NCBI GenBank assembly: GCA_009859145.1
Contig: VRVR01000033.1
Coordinates: 62,001-126,000, forward strand
Reading direction: 5' to 3'
Length of the DNA stretch: 64,000 bases
Source of the DNA: Andalucia godoyi And28
Lineage: Eukaryota > Protista > Jakobida
The notes under the pieces were generated by a model, which saw only the letters and a program-made list of their open reading frames with translations, had not been told where the DNA came from and made no database searches. Below, piece after piece: positions 28,095 to 38,105 of the stretch. The translations under genes and the position numbers were made by a program. Positions within the stretch are counted from its first letter, which is position 1; each line of letters opens with the position of its first letter.

Positions 28095-29399
28095 ATGTCG
28101 GGTTGTGGAAAGAACCACCGGTTGCCCTCTGAGCATAGAAATGGGCAGTCCTCGACTCGGACGAAGAATCGCACTCGAGTTCGTCCTCCAGACGATGCAC
28201 ATTCTGTCACAGAAGAAGAGGTAGAGGTTGTCGAGGTTGTAGAAGAAGAGAGGTGGCATTCGTCTGCAGAGTCACGTGTGGTGAACAGAGATGACGGTGT
28301 TGATAATAATAATAATAATTTTAATTATAACGAAGAGGTGGAGGAGCAGGATGCTGACGACACCTCGTTAGACGCAAGTGCTGAAAGCGAGGGGACTGAT
28401 GATGATGATGATGATGATGATGATGACGACGACGACGACGACAATGGCCATGATGAAGACGAGATATCGTATGGGAGTGAAAGTGGAACGAGTCAAATAA
28501 GAGGCATTTCCTCCGCAGACATGAGGGCGTTGGCGGTTGTGGAGGCGAGATCCTCGCGTCTTGCTAGAGAAAGGGAAGTTTTTGGAGAAGATAGAAAGCT
28601 ATTTCCAGGCCATCCAGATCGTCGGTTTCTGACACCCAAGGTCTTTCGGCTAAAGTACAAGTTCGCGTTCCTTCTCGCGCGCCTGGTCTGCCTGTACTTG
28701 TTGCTTTCTCGATCCAAATATGAGCTTACATGTACGCTGGTTTCCACCTCGGAATCAGGAACGACAAGTGGTCAGTCCAACCTTGACAGTTGGAGATGCG
28801 GCAATGGCATCGTACCGACATCGTGTTCGGGTGCTTGCATGCTCAGTCGACAAACTTGTTTGCTGGAACCGCCTGCGATTGGCGAGTTTGTATCCTTGTG
28901 GACGGGATACATGATGTACTACTTGGTTTTCATTGGGCTGCTGGTATTCCTCACGGTTGTCGTGCCGTTTCTGTTCGAACGACTTACTTCCGACACCCGA
29001 GATGAGCTTTCCAGTGCTGCGGACTGCTTTTTCATTTGGAACGATGTCTTGTTTCGGCACATTGCCGGTGTATTTTGGATCATCTTTTGGCCCTTGTTTC
29101 TCTTGGCACGAGCCCGCGAAAGCTTCGTGTATTTTTCGGCAGGCAACTGCCTCGGCTTCACCTCGTGTTCGTGTGGAGTCCAGCGGGAAACATCTCTGAT
29201 TTTTAACCTTCCGTGGATGATTCTGTGGTACACTGGTCTCTTTGCGGACACGATGCTTCTTGTCTTTCGTGCTGATGAATGGAAAGGATTCCGACGCTCG
29301 CTTTCCACCATCCCCGTTTGGATCCGATGGTCCGCTACCGAACGTCGAGCAGCACGGGTCCGCCGAATACTTCTTTCGCGCACTAAATCCAATTTTTAA
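28095..29399 (+). CDS. Multi-pass membrane protein with acidic N-terminal region, unknown function
   Basis: First ATG at 28095 (MSGCGKNH). Poly-Asp/Glu region followed by about four hydrophobic helices and Cys-rich loops (WRCGNGIVPTSCSGAC, GNCLGFTSCSCG). Confidence 0.7.
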   Translation: MSGCGKNHRLPSEHRNGQSSTRTKNRTRVRPPDDAHSVTEEEVEVVEVVEEERWHSSAESRVVNRDDGVDNNNNNFNYNEEVEEQDADDTSLDASAESEGTDDDDDDDDDDDDDDDNGHDEDEISYGSESGTSQIRGISSADMRALAVVEARSSRLAREREVFGEDRKLFPGHPDRRFLTPKVFRLKYKFAFLLARLVCLYLLLSRSKYELTCTLVSTSESGTTSGQSNLDSWRCGNGIVPTSCSGACMLSRQTCLLEPPAIGEFVSLWTGYMMYYLVFIGLLVFLTVVVPFLFERLTSDTRDELSSAADCFFIWNDVLFRHIAGVFWIIFWPLFLLARARESFVYFSAGNCLGFTSCSCGVQRETSLIFNLPWMILWYTGLFADTMLLVFRADEWKGFRRSLSTIPVWIRWSATERRAARVRRILLSRTKSNF

Positions 29400-29621
29400 A
29401 AACCGTACTGCAGTGTCTCTACTTTGAATTGCACATTCTTCCTGTTCGCTATGTCTTTTGATTACTATTTATTATTGTTGTTTTTGTCTCTTACTTGCAC
29501 GAAAAATAAAGACTATTCAGTGCAGAGAAAGCGCTCGTTTGCAAAAAGAACAGTGCTGTTTAGTGTTTGGAGTTTATTGATGATGAATCTTCTCCTCTTG
29601 CTCGATCCGAACAGAGTGTGC

Positions 29622-30245
29622 TCACTTGGCCAAGTTCTCCGAGACAAACTTCCAGTTGACGTGCTTCCACCACTCATTGACATAGTCGACTCTGCGGTTC
29701 TGGTGGTCGAGGTAGTACGCATGTTCCCAGACATCGACCGTCAGGAGCGGGATCTTCCCCTCAACCATCGGATTTCCAGCATTCGAGGTGTTGACAATGT
29801 TGAGCTTTCCTTTGTCCTCGACAAGCCACGTCCAGCCCGATCCAAAGAGCGCCAGAGCCGATTCAGAGAACTTTTGCTTGAAAGCATCGACCGAGCCAAA
29901 CGACTCTTCCAGTCGGGTCTTGACCACGGCCGGCATGTCCGTGTTTGCCGACGGGGTAAGCGAGTTCCAATAGAACGTATGGTTCCATATCTGCGCAGTG
30001 TTGTTGAAGATTGCAGCCTGCGACGCATCCCGGCCAGTCCCAATGATCGTCTGCTCAAGCGTCTTTGACTCCCACTGTGTACCCTTGATCAGCGTGTTTG
30101 CACGAGTCACATACGCCGCATGGTGCTTGTTATAGTGGAAATCAAGCTGCTTGGCCGAAATCACCGCCCCAACTCCATTCTCAAGCGGAAACGGGAGCTT
30201 CGGAAGTGTATGCACACCACGCGATAACAGCCGGCGACCCAACAT
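29622..30245 (-). CDS. sodB: Iron superoxide dismutase, probably mitochondrial
   Basis: Ligand motifs HYNKHHAAY, FNNTAQIWNHTFYW and DVWEHAYYLD. The Gln in AQIWNH and the NAGNP loop are Fe-type signatures. Short presequence MLGRRLLSRG. Confidence 0.92.
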   Translation of the reverse strand: MLGRRLLSRGVHTLPKLPFPLENGVGAVISAKQLDFHYNKHHAAYVTRANTLIKGTQWESKTLEQTIIGTGRDASQAAIFNNTAQIWNHTFYWNSLTPSANTDMPAVVKTRLEESFGSVDAFKQKFSESALALFGSGWTWLVEDKGKLNIVNTSNAGNPMVEGKIPLLTVDVWEHAYYLDHQNRRVDYVNEWWKHVNWKFVSENLAK

Positions 30246-30278
30246 TATCCTTTCTTGAAGATATTATTATTCTTTTTC

Positions 30279-30348
30279 GAAATTAGAAATTAGAAATTAG
30301 AAATTAGAAACGAGAAACGAGAAACGAGAAACGAGAAACGAGAAACGA
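30279..30348 (+). repeat. Compound heptamer tandem repeat (GAAATTA)4(GAAACGA)6
   Basis: Read directly from the sequence. It lies between the divergent FeSOD and GAF genes and is followed by the 7-bp inverted repeat ctgcgtc-agac-gacgcag (30360-30377). Confidence 0.9.
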
Positions 30349-30551
30349 AGAAACGCAGTCTGCGTCAGACGACGCAGTTCAACTGTTTCAACTTTCAAGT
30401 GGCCGTAGACTACAGCAGGGACACGCACACGAGATTCCTATTCATTTATCTATTTTTCTTTATTTTTTTTTGGTTTTGGTTTTGTTTTAGACGTTTGATG
30501 TTTTGACATTAATCCGCACACCACCCATATTGTAGTACAACAGCATATATT

Positions 30552-30586
<35 letters not shown>

Positions 30587-30643
30587 GTTGTTGTTGTTTA
30601 ATTTTTGGTGAACAGTCGGAGGACGTGTGGAGCAGTAAATGTC

Positions 30644-33172
30644 ATGAGTGAACCAAGTGATCACAATGCAGCAGCGTTTCAGCAAAAACTGAGTGCGCTT
30701 CAAGCATTTTTACAGGGTGACAAGGCCGGCTCTGCGCAGGTGACGGAGGAAAAGCCTCGAAGCTCAGTGCTGATCGATGAGGTCATGAAATCGTTCAAGG
30801 AGAACAAGGATGTGACCGAAATGCTTTCTGGGCTTAAACAAAAGGTCGAGATAATGTCATCAGAGATTCAAGGGAAAATGGACAGGATCATCACGGAAAA
30901 GGATGGAATGATTCACAGAGCTGAGATGGAACATGTACATGAAGACTACCAGGAAGCTTTTCCACCAAACAAGAAATTTTCATTCGGAGACGCGCTTGCT
31001 GGTGCGGTGTCGTCGTCATCGATGCATTCCAAGAATTCGCTGCTGCAGGTTCTCCGCGGACATGCAACGACTGTGGGAAAGGATTCAGTTTCCGTGAAGA
31101 TCCTGGTTGGGTCGCTGCATCTTGTACTGGAAACACTGTGTGTGCAAGTGAATGCAGACAGAGGAAGTGTGTTTCTGTACGAGGAGAAGACGGATGAGTT
31201 GCGATCGGTGGTCCTGTACTCCTCGACGCCGTCAGTGCCGAGTGCATTCGTTCGGAGTCCAGACAAGAAGCTTGCGATGGGAACCGCGAAGGTGTCCAAA
31301 TCTGCGGTTGGAGGGTTGAAAGAAATCCGAATCTCCGCAAAAACCGGTATTGCAGGAACGGTGTTCAAGTCTGGCATCCCGATCAACCTTGTGACAAACG
31401 CTTACGAAGACATTCGGTTTTCGGCACATGTGGACAAACTTTCAGGGTTCAAAACATCAACGATGCTTGCGTGGCCAGTTCGGTCCTGGAAGACAGACAA
31501 GATCCTAGGAGTTGTCCAAGTAATGAACAAGATCGGGGAAGCTTCGTTCACACGACACGACGAAACCCTCGTCGAAATGGTTGTCGGGGTAATGTGCCAT
31601 CTGGTGGACAGACTCTCCAAAATTGACTTATTCTTCAGTCATCAATTTGATTTTACTGATCTGAGCGCAGATCTGTCGCAGAAGCAGACTAGCAAGCAAC
31701 AAGACACCAGGGACGCTGAGCACGCCGGGCCGGAGTCCTCGGAGCCGCATTCTTCTTCGTCACCAGAGCAGGACCACTTCTCTTTGACGCCGGGTGGTGC
31801 TGGTGGCGGACTCGGTAGCAAGAGGCGATCCGTGATCTTCCGATCGAACGGGAAGCATTCGGAACGAAATCTGCTGTCGGGATTCAAAGAGGTTGCCTCC
31901 AAAAGCAACAACACGGTGCAGGCGCCGGAATCTCTTCAAGATGTGGACTCGTTTATCCGGAACATGGAATCCGCGTGGGAGAGAAGAATCCGAGAAGTGG
32001 CGGAGCTGCAAAACGAAAACGCTAGGCTTCGACGGAAAACAGACGTTATCAAAGACGAGCGCGATCTTGCCGAAAAGCGCAACCGTACGTTGGAAAAGGA
32101 AGTGGCAACCCTCGAGCACGCAAAGATGACAATGCGGACAAAACTGCAAGAGGTTGTCCAAGAACTGAATCAGCTGAGAACAGAGTACTCTTTCGTGGCG
32201 GGGCAACTTTCCGTATTCGGACAGAACATGGAGTCCGATCATCAGTCGCGATTCGACACGTCGCCTTCCAGGTCTGCGAGACGGTTTTCCACGAGCGGAG
32301 CATCCAATGCATCATCGTCTGCCCGCGCGACAAGCAGGAGCCAGACGTCATCTCCCGCTGGACAGCGAAAGATGCCAAGACCGACATTTCTTCCTCAGAT
32401 TTCGGCGGATCAGGTTAAATCGATGTATCCAGAAAGATCCACGGAAGTGTACTTTACCAAGCCATCGCCAAGCCCTGGAAATGACTTTTGCAGCGATTCC
32501 CGAGGCCAGAAACGCAGCTCTTCTCGACTTTCTCCTTCACCAGCTTTTTCTGCCAGCGGAACTCCCAAAGAAACTCCTGCAACGGCGGCTAGAACGCCTC
32601 CTCCTCCTTCGTCGTCGTCGTCGTCGTCATCATCATCATCTTCTTCTTCTTCTTCGGTGTTGGACTTCATATCCTCCATTCCTGTGGCAGTGGCCATTGT
32701 CCAGGTCCAAAGTGGAAAGGTCTGGCGGACGAATTCTGCGTTTCTCGAGCTGTTCGGGCTTCCAGATTACGTTTCCGCGAAACCTATGGACATCCGAGCG
32801 TTTGGAGTAGACTGGAACAGCCAGACCATGAAAAGAACTCTGGAAAGGCCTGTAGATGGGGTGCCTTTGGTGCTGCCAATGAAAGAAGAAACGAACGTTG
32901 GTGTGCTTGATCCTGCAGCACCGGTAGCCGCATCATCCTTTGCAGCCTCTGGAATGTCGGTCGTGAGCGTCAGCCTGCTTGGCGACCCGGATATTCTTCC
33001 CGGTGAGGATTTCCGGGTTCGAAAACACGTGGAAGCAGGTGTGCGAGCCCTTGCAGTGATGACAGCAGTGCCCCGAAGCACATGGCTCCTGACGCCAACG
33101 GGCAACAAAGTGAAGGGTCCGTTTGCTTTTGTGACATTTATTCCATCGAGAGACTCGCTGGAATTTCTGTGA
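30644..33172 (+). CDS. GAF domain, coiled coil and C-terminal PAS-like domain protein
   Basis: GAF motifs: NADRGSVFLY, GIAGTVFKSG..INLVTNAYEDIRF...DKLSGFKTSTMLAWPV..KILGVVQVMNK...FTRHDE. Coiled coil ERRIREVAELQNENARL...LQEVVQELNQL. PAS-like segment FISSIPVAVAIVQVQSGKVWRTNSAFLELFG. Confidence 0.8.
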   Translation: MSEPSDHNAAAFQQKLSALQAFLQGDKAGSAQVTEEKPRSSVLIDEVMKSFKENKDVTEMLSGLKQKVEIMSSEIQGKMDRIITEKDGMIHRAEMEHVHEDYQEAFPPNKKFSFGDALAGAVSSSSMHSKNSLLQVLRGHATTVGKDSVSVKILVGSLHLVLETLCVQVNADRGSVFLYEEKTDELRSVVLYSSTPSVPSAFVRSPDKKLAMGTAKVSKSAVGGLKEIRISAKTGIAGTVFKSGIPINLVTNAYEDIRFSAHVDKLSGFKTSTMLAWPVRSWKTDKILGVVQVMNKIGEASFTRHDETLVEMVVGVMCHLVDRLSKIDLFFSHQFDFTDLSADLSQKQTSKQQDTRDAEHAGPESSEPHSSSSPEQDHFSLTPGGAGGGLGSKRRSVIFRSNGKHSERNLLSGFKEVASKSNNTVQAPESLQDVDSFIRNMESAWERRIREVAELQNENARLRRKTDVIKDERDLAEKRNRTLEKEVATLEHAKMTMRTKLQEVVQELNQLRTEYSFVAGQLSVFGQNMESDHQSRFDTSPSRSARRFSTSGASNASSSARATSRSQTSSPAGQRKMPRPTFLPQISADQVKSMYPERSTEVYFTKPSPSPGNDFCSDSRGQKRSSSRLSPSPAFSASGTPKETPATAARTPPPPSSSSSSSSSSSSSSSSVLDFISSIPVAVAIVQVQSGKVWRTNSAFLELFGLPDYVSAKPMDIRAFGVDWNSQTMKRTLERPVDGVPLVLPMKEETNVGVLDPAAPVAASSFAASGMSVVSVSLLGDPDILPGEDFRVRKHVEAGVRALAVMTAVPRSTWLLTPTGNKVKGPFAFVTFIPSRDSLEFL

Positions 33173-33247
33173 GTCTTTTCTCGATTCGTCTAGGCACCGT
33201 TCCCAAATCCGCTCGCACACGGAACTGCATACGCAGGGGTTCAGCGC

Positions 33248-33979
33248 TTACATGTACACACCCCCGGATTTGACGCTTTCCGTGTATGCAGCGGGAGGTG
33301 CAGATGCTCCTCCATAAGCATACGAAGCTGCAGGAGTGTACCCCATCGGTGCTGTTGGTGGCGGCGGTTGAGCTACGTATGGCTGTGATGCGTAGGTGGG
33401 TGCTGCCGGAGCGTATGTGACCGGCACGTTTGGATTCATGGAAATGGGTCGTGGCGGTGAAAGAGTTCCCGCGGTTCCCTTGGCTTTCTTCCTTAGAACT
33501 CCAACGTCCTTCATGACCACATTGTGCTGTGCAGACATGCAAGAAACGACCGTCAAGAAAATGCAGTTCGCCAAATCTCTCCATTCATCATCATTTGTGC
33601 AAATTGCAATGCAAGACAGAATGAAGGAGGTCCAGAGAATGCAATAGTCGCACGGAGTGTTTTTCAAGCCGTAGCGACTCTGCAGCAGCCACCGATTACC
33701 GGACACTGCAGGTCCCAAGCAGCAGCACGTTTCGCACGCCAAGCACAGAGCTGGGCACGGTTGCACACACGGGTCACAGAAACTGGTGCATGGAAGAGCA
33801 CCAGCACAACAGTGGTAGTTGGACATGTCGCCGTCAAGCAGCGCCATCCTATGCTGAAACGTCACAACGCATGGACAGAAGCAAGCAAAGCAGCACATGC
33901 CTGGTTCCACAAATCCAGCTTCACAGAGGCCGACACTCCACTCTCGAGTATTACTATTGAACTGTGCTATGCTTGCCAT
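33248..33979 (-). CDS. PLAC8 (Cys-rich, PCR/CNR-like) family protein with Pro/Ala/Tyr-rich tail
   Basis: EWSVGLCE...CCFACFCPC, R..L..RYGL, PCDYC and CMSAQH. The start may be 33979 or 34006. Confidence 0.8.
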   Translation of the reverse strand: MASIAQFNSNTREWSVGLCEAGFVEPGMCCFACFCPCVVTFQHRMALLDGDMSNYHCCAGALPCTSFCDPCVQPCPALCLACETCCCLGPAVSGNRWLLQSRYGLKNTPCDYCILWTSFILSCIAICTNDDEWRDLANCIFLTVVSCMSAQHNVVMKDVGVLRKKAKGTAGTLSPPRPISMNPNVPVTYAPAAPTYASQPYVAQPPPPTAPMGYTPAASYAYGGASAPPAAYTESVKSGGVYM

Positions 33980-34813
33980 TTGCCTGTTGCAACTCTGGTC
34001 CTCCAACCCCTCTCTCTCTCTTTCTCTTCTTTTGTGAATTTTACTTTACGGCTTTCCCTTTCCATGAGTCGGCGTCCATTGTGTTCATGTCATGTGAATG
34101 TTTTTATTTCCACTAATGCAACACACTAAACAGCGCGCAGGCCTTCAAGTGAACAGAGTGGACAAAGTATTAACCTCCAACCCAAGCCTCTCCAAACATG
34201 TGGCGCATGCCGCGCCTCAAAAACAGATTATTTGGCGTAAAGTGACTATTACAATTAGCATCAGCACCCATCATCGATTACAAGGATCAGTTGTCAATAT
34301 TCGACAGCGTCCTATTGGGCCTCGATCTGCCGCCACCGGTAACAGCATCCTGCAGAAGAAAAAGGTCGGTCTTCATTCAACAGCAATGTCGACGGCTGCC
34401 AACTCAGCCATGCTATCCGATGATATCACAGCCGTCCACCAGACCTTTGGGTTGGAGGAATGCATTATTACTGGAAAAAATATAAACACGCAGAAAAATA
34501 CCGCCAAAAAGAAACAAAAGGCCTCAGCAGCTGTAAATTAAAAAATTAATGAGAGTTTTGGATTCGGTCCTGACTTCTCCTCGTTTCGAACTTCAACGAA
34601 CTTGACAGTTTCGTAATTGATCGGTTTCCAAGCACACATCCATACCATAATTGCCCGATATTTCCAAAACAGCCCAATCTGCTGCGCTCCGCCGGGAAAC
34701 CCACCAATAGCAAAAAAAACCCCTCACGTTTTGCCAAACTTCAAATCACGTTCAATATCTGGTTCCTTTTCAGTCCAATCACACCCACGTTCACAGATAT
34801 ACAAGGCACACGC

Positions 34814-34815
<2 letters not shown>

Positions 34816-34871
<56 letters not shown>

Positions 34872-34900
34872 TACTCTCTCTCTCTCTTTCTCTCTCTCAC
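34816..34900. repeat. Compound dinucleotide microsatellite (CT)n(CA)n(CT)n
   Basis: Read directly. One of many intergenic microsatellites, e.g. (CAT)n near 1758, (GT)n near 10770, (AAT)n near 30556, (ACTG)n near 57080 and (TTA)n near 59620. Confidence 0.9.
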
Positions 34901-35074
34901 TGTCTCACGGTTTCCGGTTTTCCCCTTTTTTTAAATAACATATATTTTTGTTTTTGTTAAATTCCCCCTCAGTAGTATTGTACTACTCTTGATTTGACCC
35001 TTCAGAGGACTGTCATAGTCGGTTAGAGTTTGTTTGGGGGTTCGGGGTTGTTTTGTTTTTTGTTTTGGATTTGC

Positions 35075-37090
35075 ATGCGGACGTCAACTGGATCTCCTCG
35101 TGGAGCGTACCATGCGCTGGCTGATGAGAGCGCGCTTCCGTTTTCAACACATGAAGAATCAACAGTCTCCGTCCAGTGGCGATCGATCCGCAACCTCGAT
35201 TCATTTCTAAGCAGAATTTATCAATACTGGCATCAAAAAGGATGGTTATGCATTATTTTGAAGCAGCTCTTTCATGTTTTGACGCTCGGCTTTGCGCTGT
35301 GCTTTACGTTTTTCTTGCTTGCCATGGTCGACTGGGACAATTACACCGTTGGGTTCCAAAAGGATAATCCGTTCACAAATGTCGTGATCCTGTTCGAGTC
35401 TGTTTTCGGGCTTTATTGGATCGTTTCGCTGTTCCGATTGTTCAAAATAAGCAGAGACGCGTGGGAAATGAGGTCCTTTTATCACTCGGAGCTTGAAATC
35501 AAGGAGTCCGAGTTATCGTATCTTACGTGGGATGAGGTCTGCGCGGCGCTCATCGAGTACCAGAATCGAAGAAATGCCCTCAGTCGGGTGAAGAAGCTCG
35601 ACCACCTGGATATTGCACATCGCATTCTGCGAACCGAAAACTACATTTTGCTGTTGTTCCAATCACACGTGTTTTCCAAGCTCAATTCACGGTTGGAGCT
35701 GACAAAACTGCTCGAATGGAATTTCCGGCATCTTGTCTCCGGTATTTACAACACGGAGACATTCGAAGTCGAACGGAACTTCTCGTCGCTGCTCCGCAAA
35801 CGAGCTATTTGGCTTGCACTGCTCAACTTTTTCGCTGCTCCCTTTATGATCATCTTCTTGTTTGTGCATCTCATCTTTCGATATACAGAGGAGTTGCGCT
35901 CGGCGCCCTGGAACATCGGAATGCGTTCGTGGAGTCCGTATGCGAGATGGCTGTTCCGCGAATACAACGAACTGCCGCATGTGCTTCAGCAGCGACTGGT
36001 GCAGGCTGCGCCTCCGACCAGCAAGTATCTATCGTATTTCCCAATGCCCATACCGAATCTGCTAGCGCGAACGGTACTGTTTGTTGTTGGCTCGTTTTCC
36101 GCGGTAATCATCATTGTTTCCGTGATTCACGATGAGCTGTTCCTTGGTTTGGAAATCGGGTCCAAGCCACTTGCCTGGTACCTGGCGGTGTTCGCGTCGG
36201 TGCTTGCGGTGGCCAGATCACTCATCAGTGAGCAAAATGCGTTGATCCATCCGCATCATACGCTGTCGGAAGTTGCCGCACAGACACACTATTTCCCTCC
36301 GGAGTGGAACGGCAAGGCACACATGCCTGAGGTCCGAGACTTTATCATTTCGCTGTATCCGTACCGCATGCAGCTCTTTATCCGCGAGCTCTTTGCCGTG
36401 TGGTCCGTTCCTTTTGTCCTCTTTTTCTGGGTGCCCAAGCATGCTGATGCAATCGCGTTCTTGCTGCACGAAAATACAACAAACGTCGAAGGTGTCGGGC
36501 ACGTGTGTGCAAGAGCCGACTTTCAGCATGTCCAGGCACAAGACAAGACTGGTGCGTCGTTCATGTCGTTCGTTGCGCATCACCCGTCGTGGAAGCATCT
36601 GGAATCCCGTCCGGAGGCATCGCAGATGTTTACCCAGGTTACCGGAGTCCAGTCGGACTCGCTGCGCAACTCACTGCTTGTTCTTCCGGCTAGCCATATG
36701 CACGAGACAACGGCCGCGCACCGTCTTCCGGTGCGGTTTGCAACGGGAACGAACTTGCGCGGACGTGCTGATTCGCTTGGGGAATCTTCCCTTTTTGTGG
36801 GGAATCCAAGCAGTCCTGCGCTCCTCCGTATCGCCGGTGCAGCGGGCCGTGCAAGACCGGCACCGTCTCCAGGAACGGTAGATCCAGCAGATTCGGTTCT
36901 TATTGATATGCCAGTGTCGGACCAGGGTGTCCGGCCAACGATGCTTGCGTCGTCCCATCTGTACACATCCGCTGGACAGCCCGCAACAGGCCAACAGATT
37001 TCTCGAGAACTGTACGACCTCCTGCAAAGCTACGTCAACAACCACCCCACGACTGCACAACGGCGTGCATCTCTCGACGAATCACCATAA
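35075..37090 (+). CDS. ATG9: Autophagy protein ATG9 (lipid scramblase)
   Basis: NLDSFLSRIYQY, ELEIKESELSYLTWDEV, LDIAHRILRTENY, LTKLLEWN, RSWSPYARWLFREYNELPH, THYFPPEW and GVGHVC. Confidence 0.93.
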   Translation: MRTSTGSPRGAYHALADESALPFSTHEESTVSVQWRSIRNLDSFLSRIYQYWHQKGWLCIILKQLFHVLTLGFALCFTFFLLAMVDWDNYTVGFQKDNPFTNVVILFESVFGLYWIVSLFRLFKISRDAWEMRSFYHSELEIKESELSYLTWDEVCAALIEYQNRRNALSRVKKLDHLDIAHRILRTENYILLLFQSHVFSKLNSRLELTKLLEWNFRHLVSGIYNTETFEVERNFSSLLRKRAIWLALLNFFAAPFMIIFLFVHLIFRYTEELRSAPWNIGMRSWSPYARWLFREYNELPHVLQQRLVQAAPPTSKYLSYFPMPIPNLLARTVLFVVGSFSAVIIIVSVIHDELFLGLEIGSKPLAWYLAVFASVLAVARSLISEQNALIHPHHTLSEVAAQTHYFPPEWNGKAHMPEVRDFIISLYPYRMQLFIRELFAVWSVPFVLFFWVPKHADAIAFLLHENTTNVEGVGHVCARADFQHVQAQDKTGASFMSFVAHHPSWKHLESRPEASQMFTQVTGVQSDSLRNSLLVLPASHMHETTAAHRLPVRFATGTNLRGRADSLGESSLFVGNPSSPALLRIAGAAGRARPAPSPGTVDPADSVLIDMPVSDQGVRPTMLASSHLYTSAGQPATGQQISRELYDLLQSYVNNHPTTAQRRASLDESP

Positions 37091-37544
37091 TGTCGTTTCC
37101 TCTTTAGTTCGATAGCAACGACAACAACAACAACAAACCAACCAACCAACCAAACAAACAAACAAACAAACAAACAAACAACAATCATCACCACCATCAT
37201 CATAATAATAAGAACAAGAACAATAAAACGAACAATGCTATACACTCTACTTTCTTTCCTTTACTATCATCCTACTGGATTGTTCAACGTTGCCAGAGCA
37301 CCTTCCGGCACCTTTTTTTAAATATAATACTGTTGACGAGGTTGCTGTTGTACGGTTCGGCAAGATTCGTCAAAACACTCCGCACAACCGAATACCACAG
37401 CCAGTCGGGGAAAAGAGAAGAACTGAGAAAGCGAAAAACAAGCACGCAAAAGACAAGGAAGCATGTCTGCAAAAAGACGTTCTATTCGCTGAGATCATCA
37501 TCGCAAGAAAAACCCTAGAAAAGCACAGAGTAATAGGTAAAGAG

Positions 37545-38105
37545 ATGGAGGCTCAAACGGTTCGTCTGATTGGAGACCCTGTGCTTCACAAGCGCAGCCC
37601 CGAGATCGCCGATGTCCATGACCCGCAGATCGTCCAAGCTCGACTGGAATTGCATGCAACTCTCGAAAAGTTTCGGAAGGCGCAAGGATTCGGAAGAGGC
37701 ATCGCTGCACCACAAATTGGATACAACATGCGAATGATCGCACTGAATCTCGGAGTGAACAATGGCGGAGTGTTTACCATGCACAACCCGGTTTTTCGTG
37801 ACCTGAGCGCGGAAACGTTTACAATGTGGGACGACTGCATGTCCTTTCCCGATTTCTTAGTTCGTGTAAAGCGTCACCGATCGCTCACGGTGGATTTCCT
37901 TGACGACGACGGTATTCCGAGAACGCTAGAACGCGTGGACATCGCCCTTTCCGAGTTGCTGCAGCACGAAGGTGATCATTTGGACGGCATTACTTCGTTT
38001 GATCGCATGCACGGAACTAACGCCGTTGTGCACCGCAAGGTATACGAAGCATCCAAGCAGTTCTTTGACAATGCAGTCGACTACTCCATCGCTCCCACCC
38101 TCTGA
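37545..38105 (+). CDS. def: Peptide deformylase-family metalloprotein with variant motif II
   Basis: IGDPVLH, GRGIAAPQIG (motif I), WDDCMSFP (in place of EGCLS) and QHEGDHLDG (HExxH). First ATG is at 37545; no presequence is visible. Confidence 0.85.
   Translation: MEAQTVRLIGDPVLHKRSPEIADVHDPQIVQARLELHATLEKFRKAQGFGRGIAAPQIGYNMRMIALNLGVNNGGVFTMHNPVFRDLSAETFTMWDDCMSFPDFLVRVKRHRSLTVDFLDDDGIPRTLERVDIALSELLQHEGDHLDGITSFDRMHGTNAVVHRKVYEASKQFFDNAVDYSIAPTL

Noticed and set aside
34098-34541. 147-aa plus-strand ORF between the PLAC8 and ATG9 genes
   Set aside because: Non-ATG start, no motifs and no protein-like pattern; probably shared promoter or UTR.
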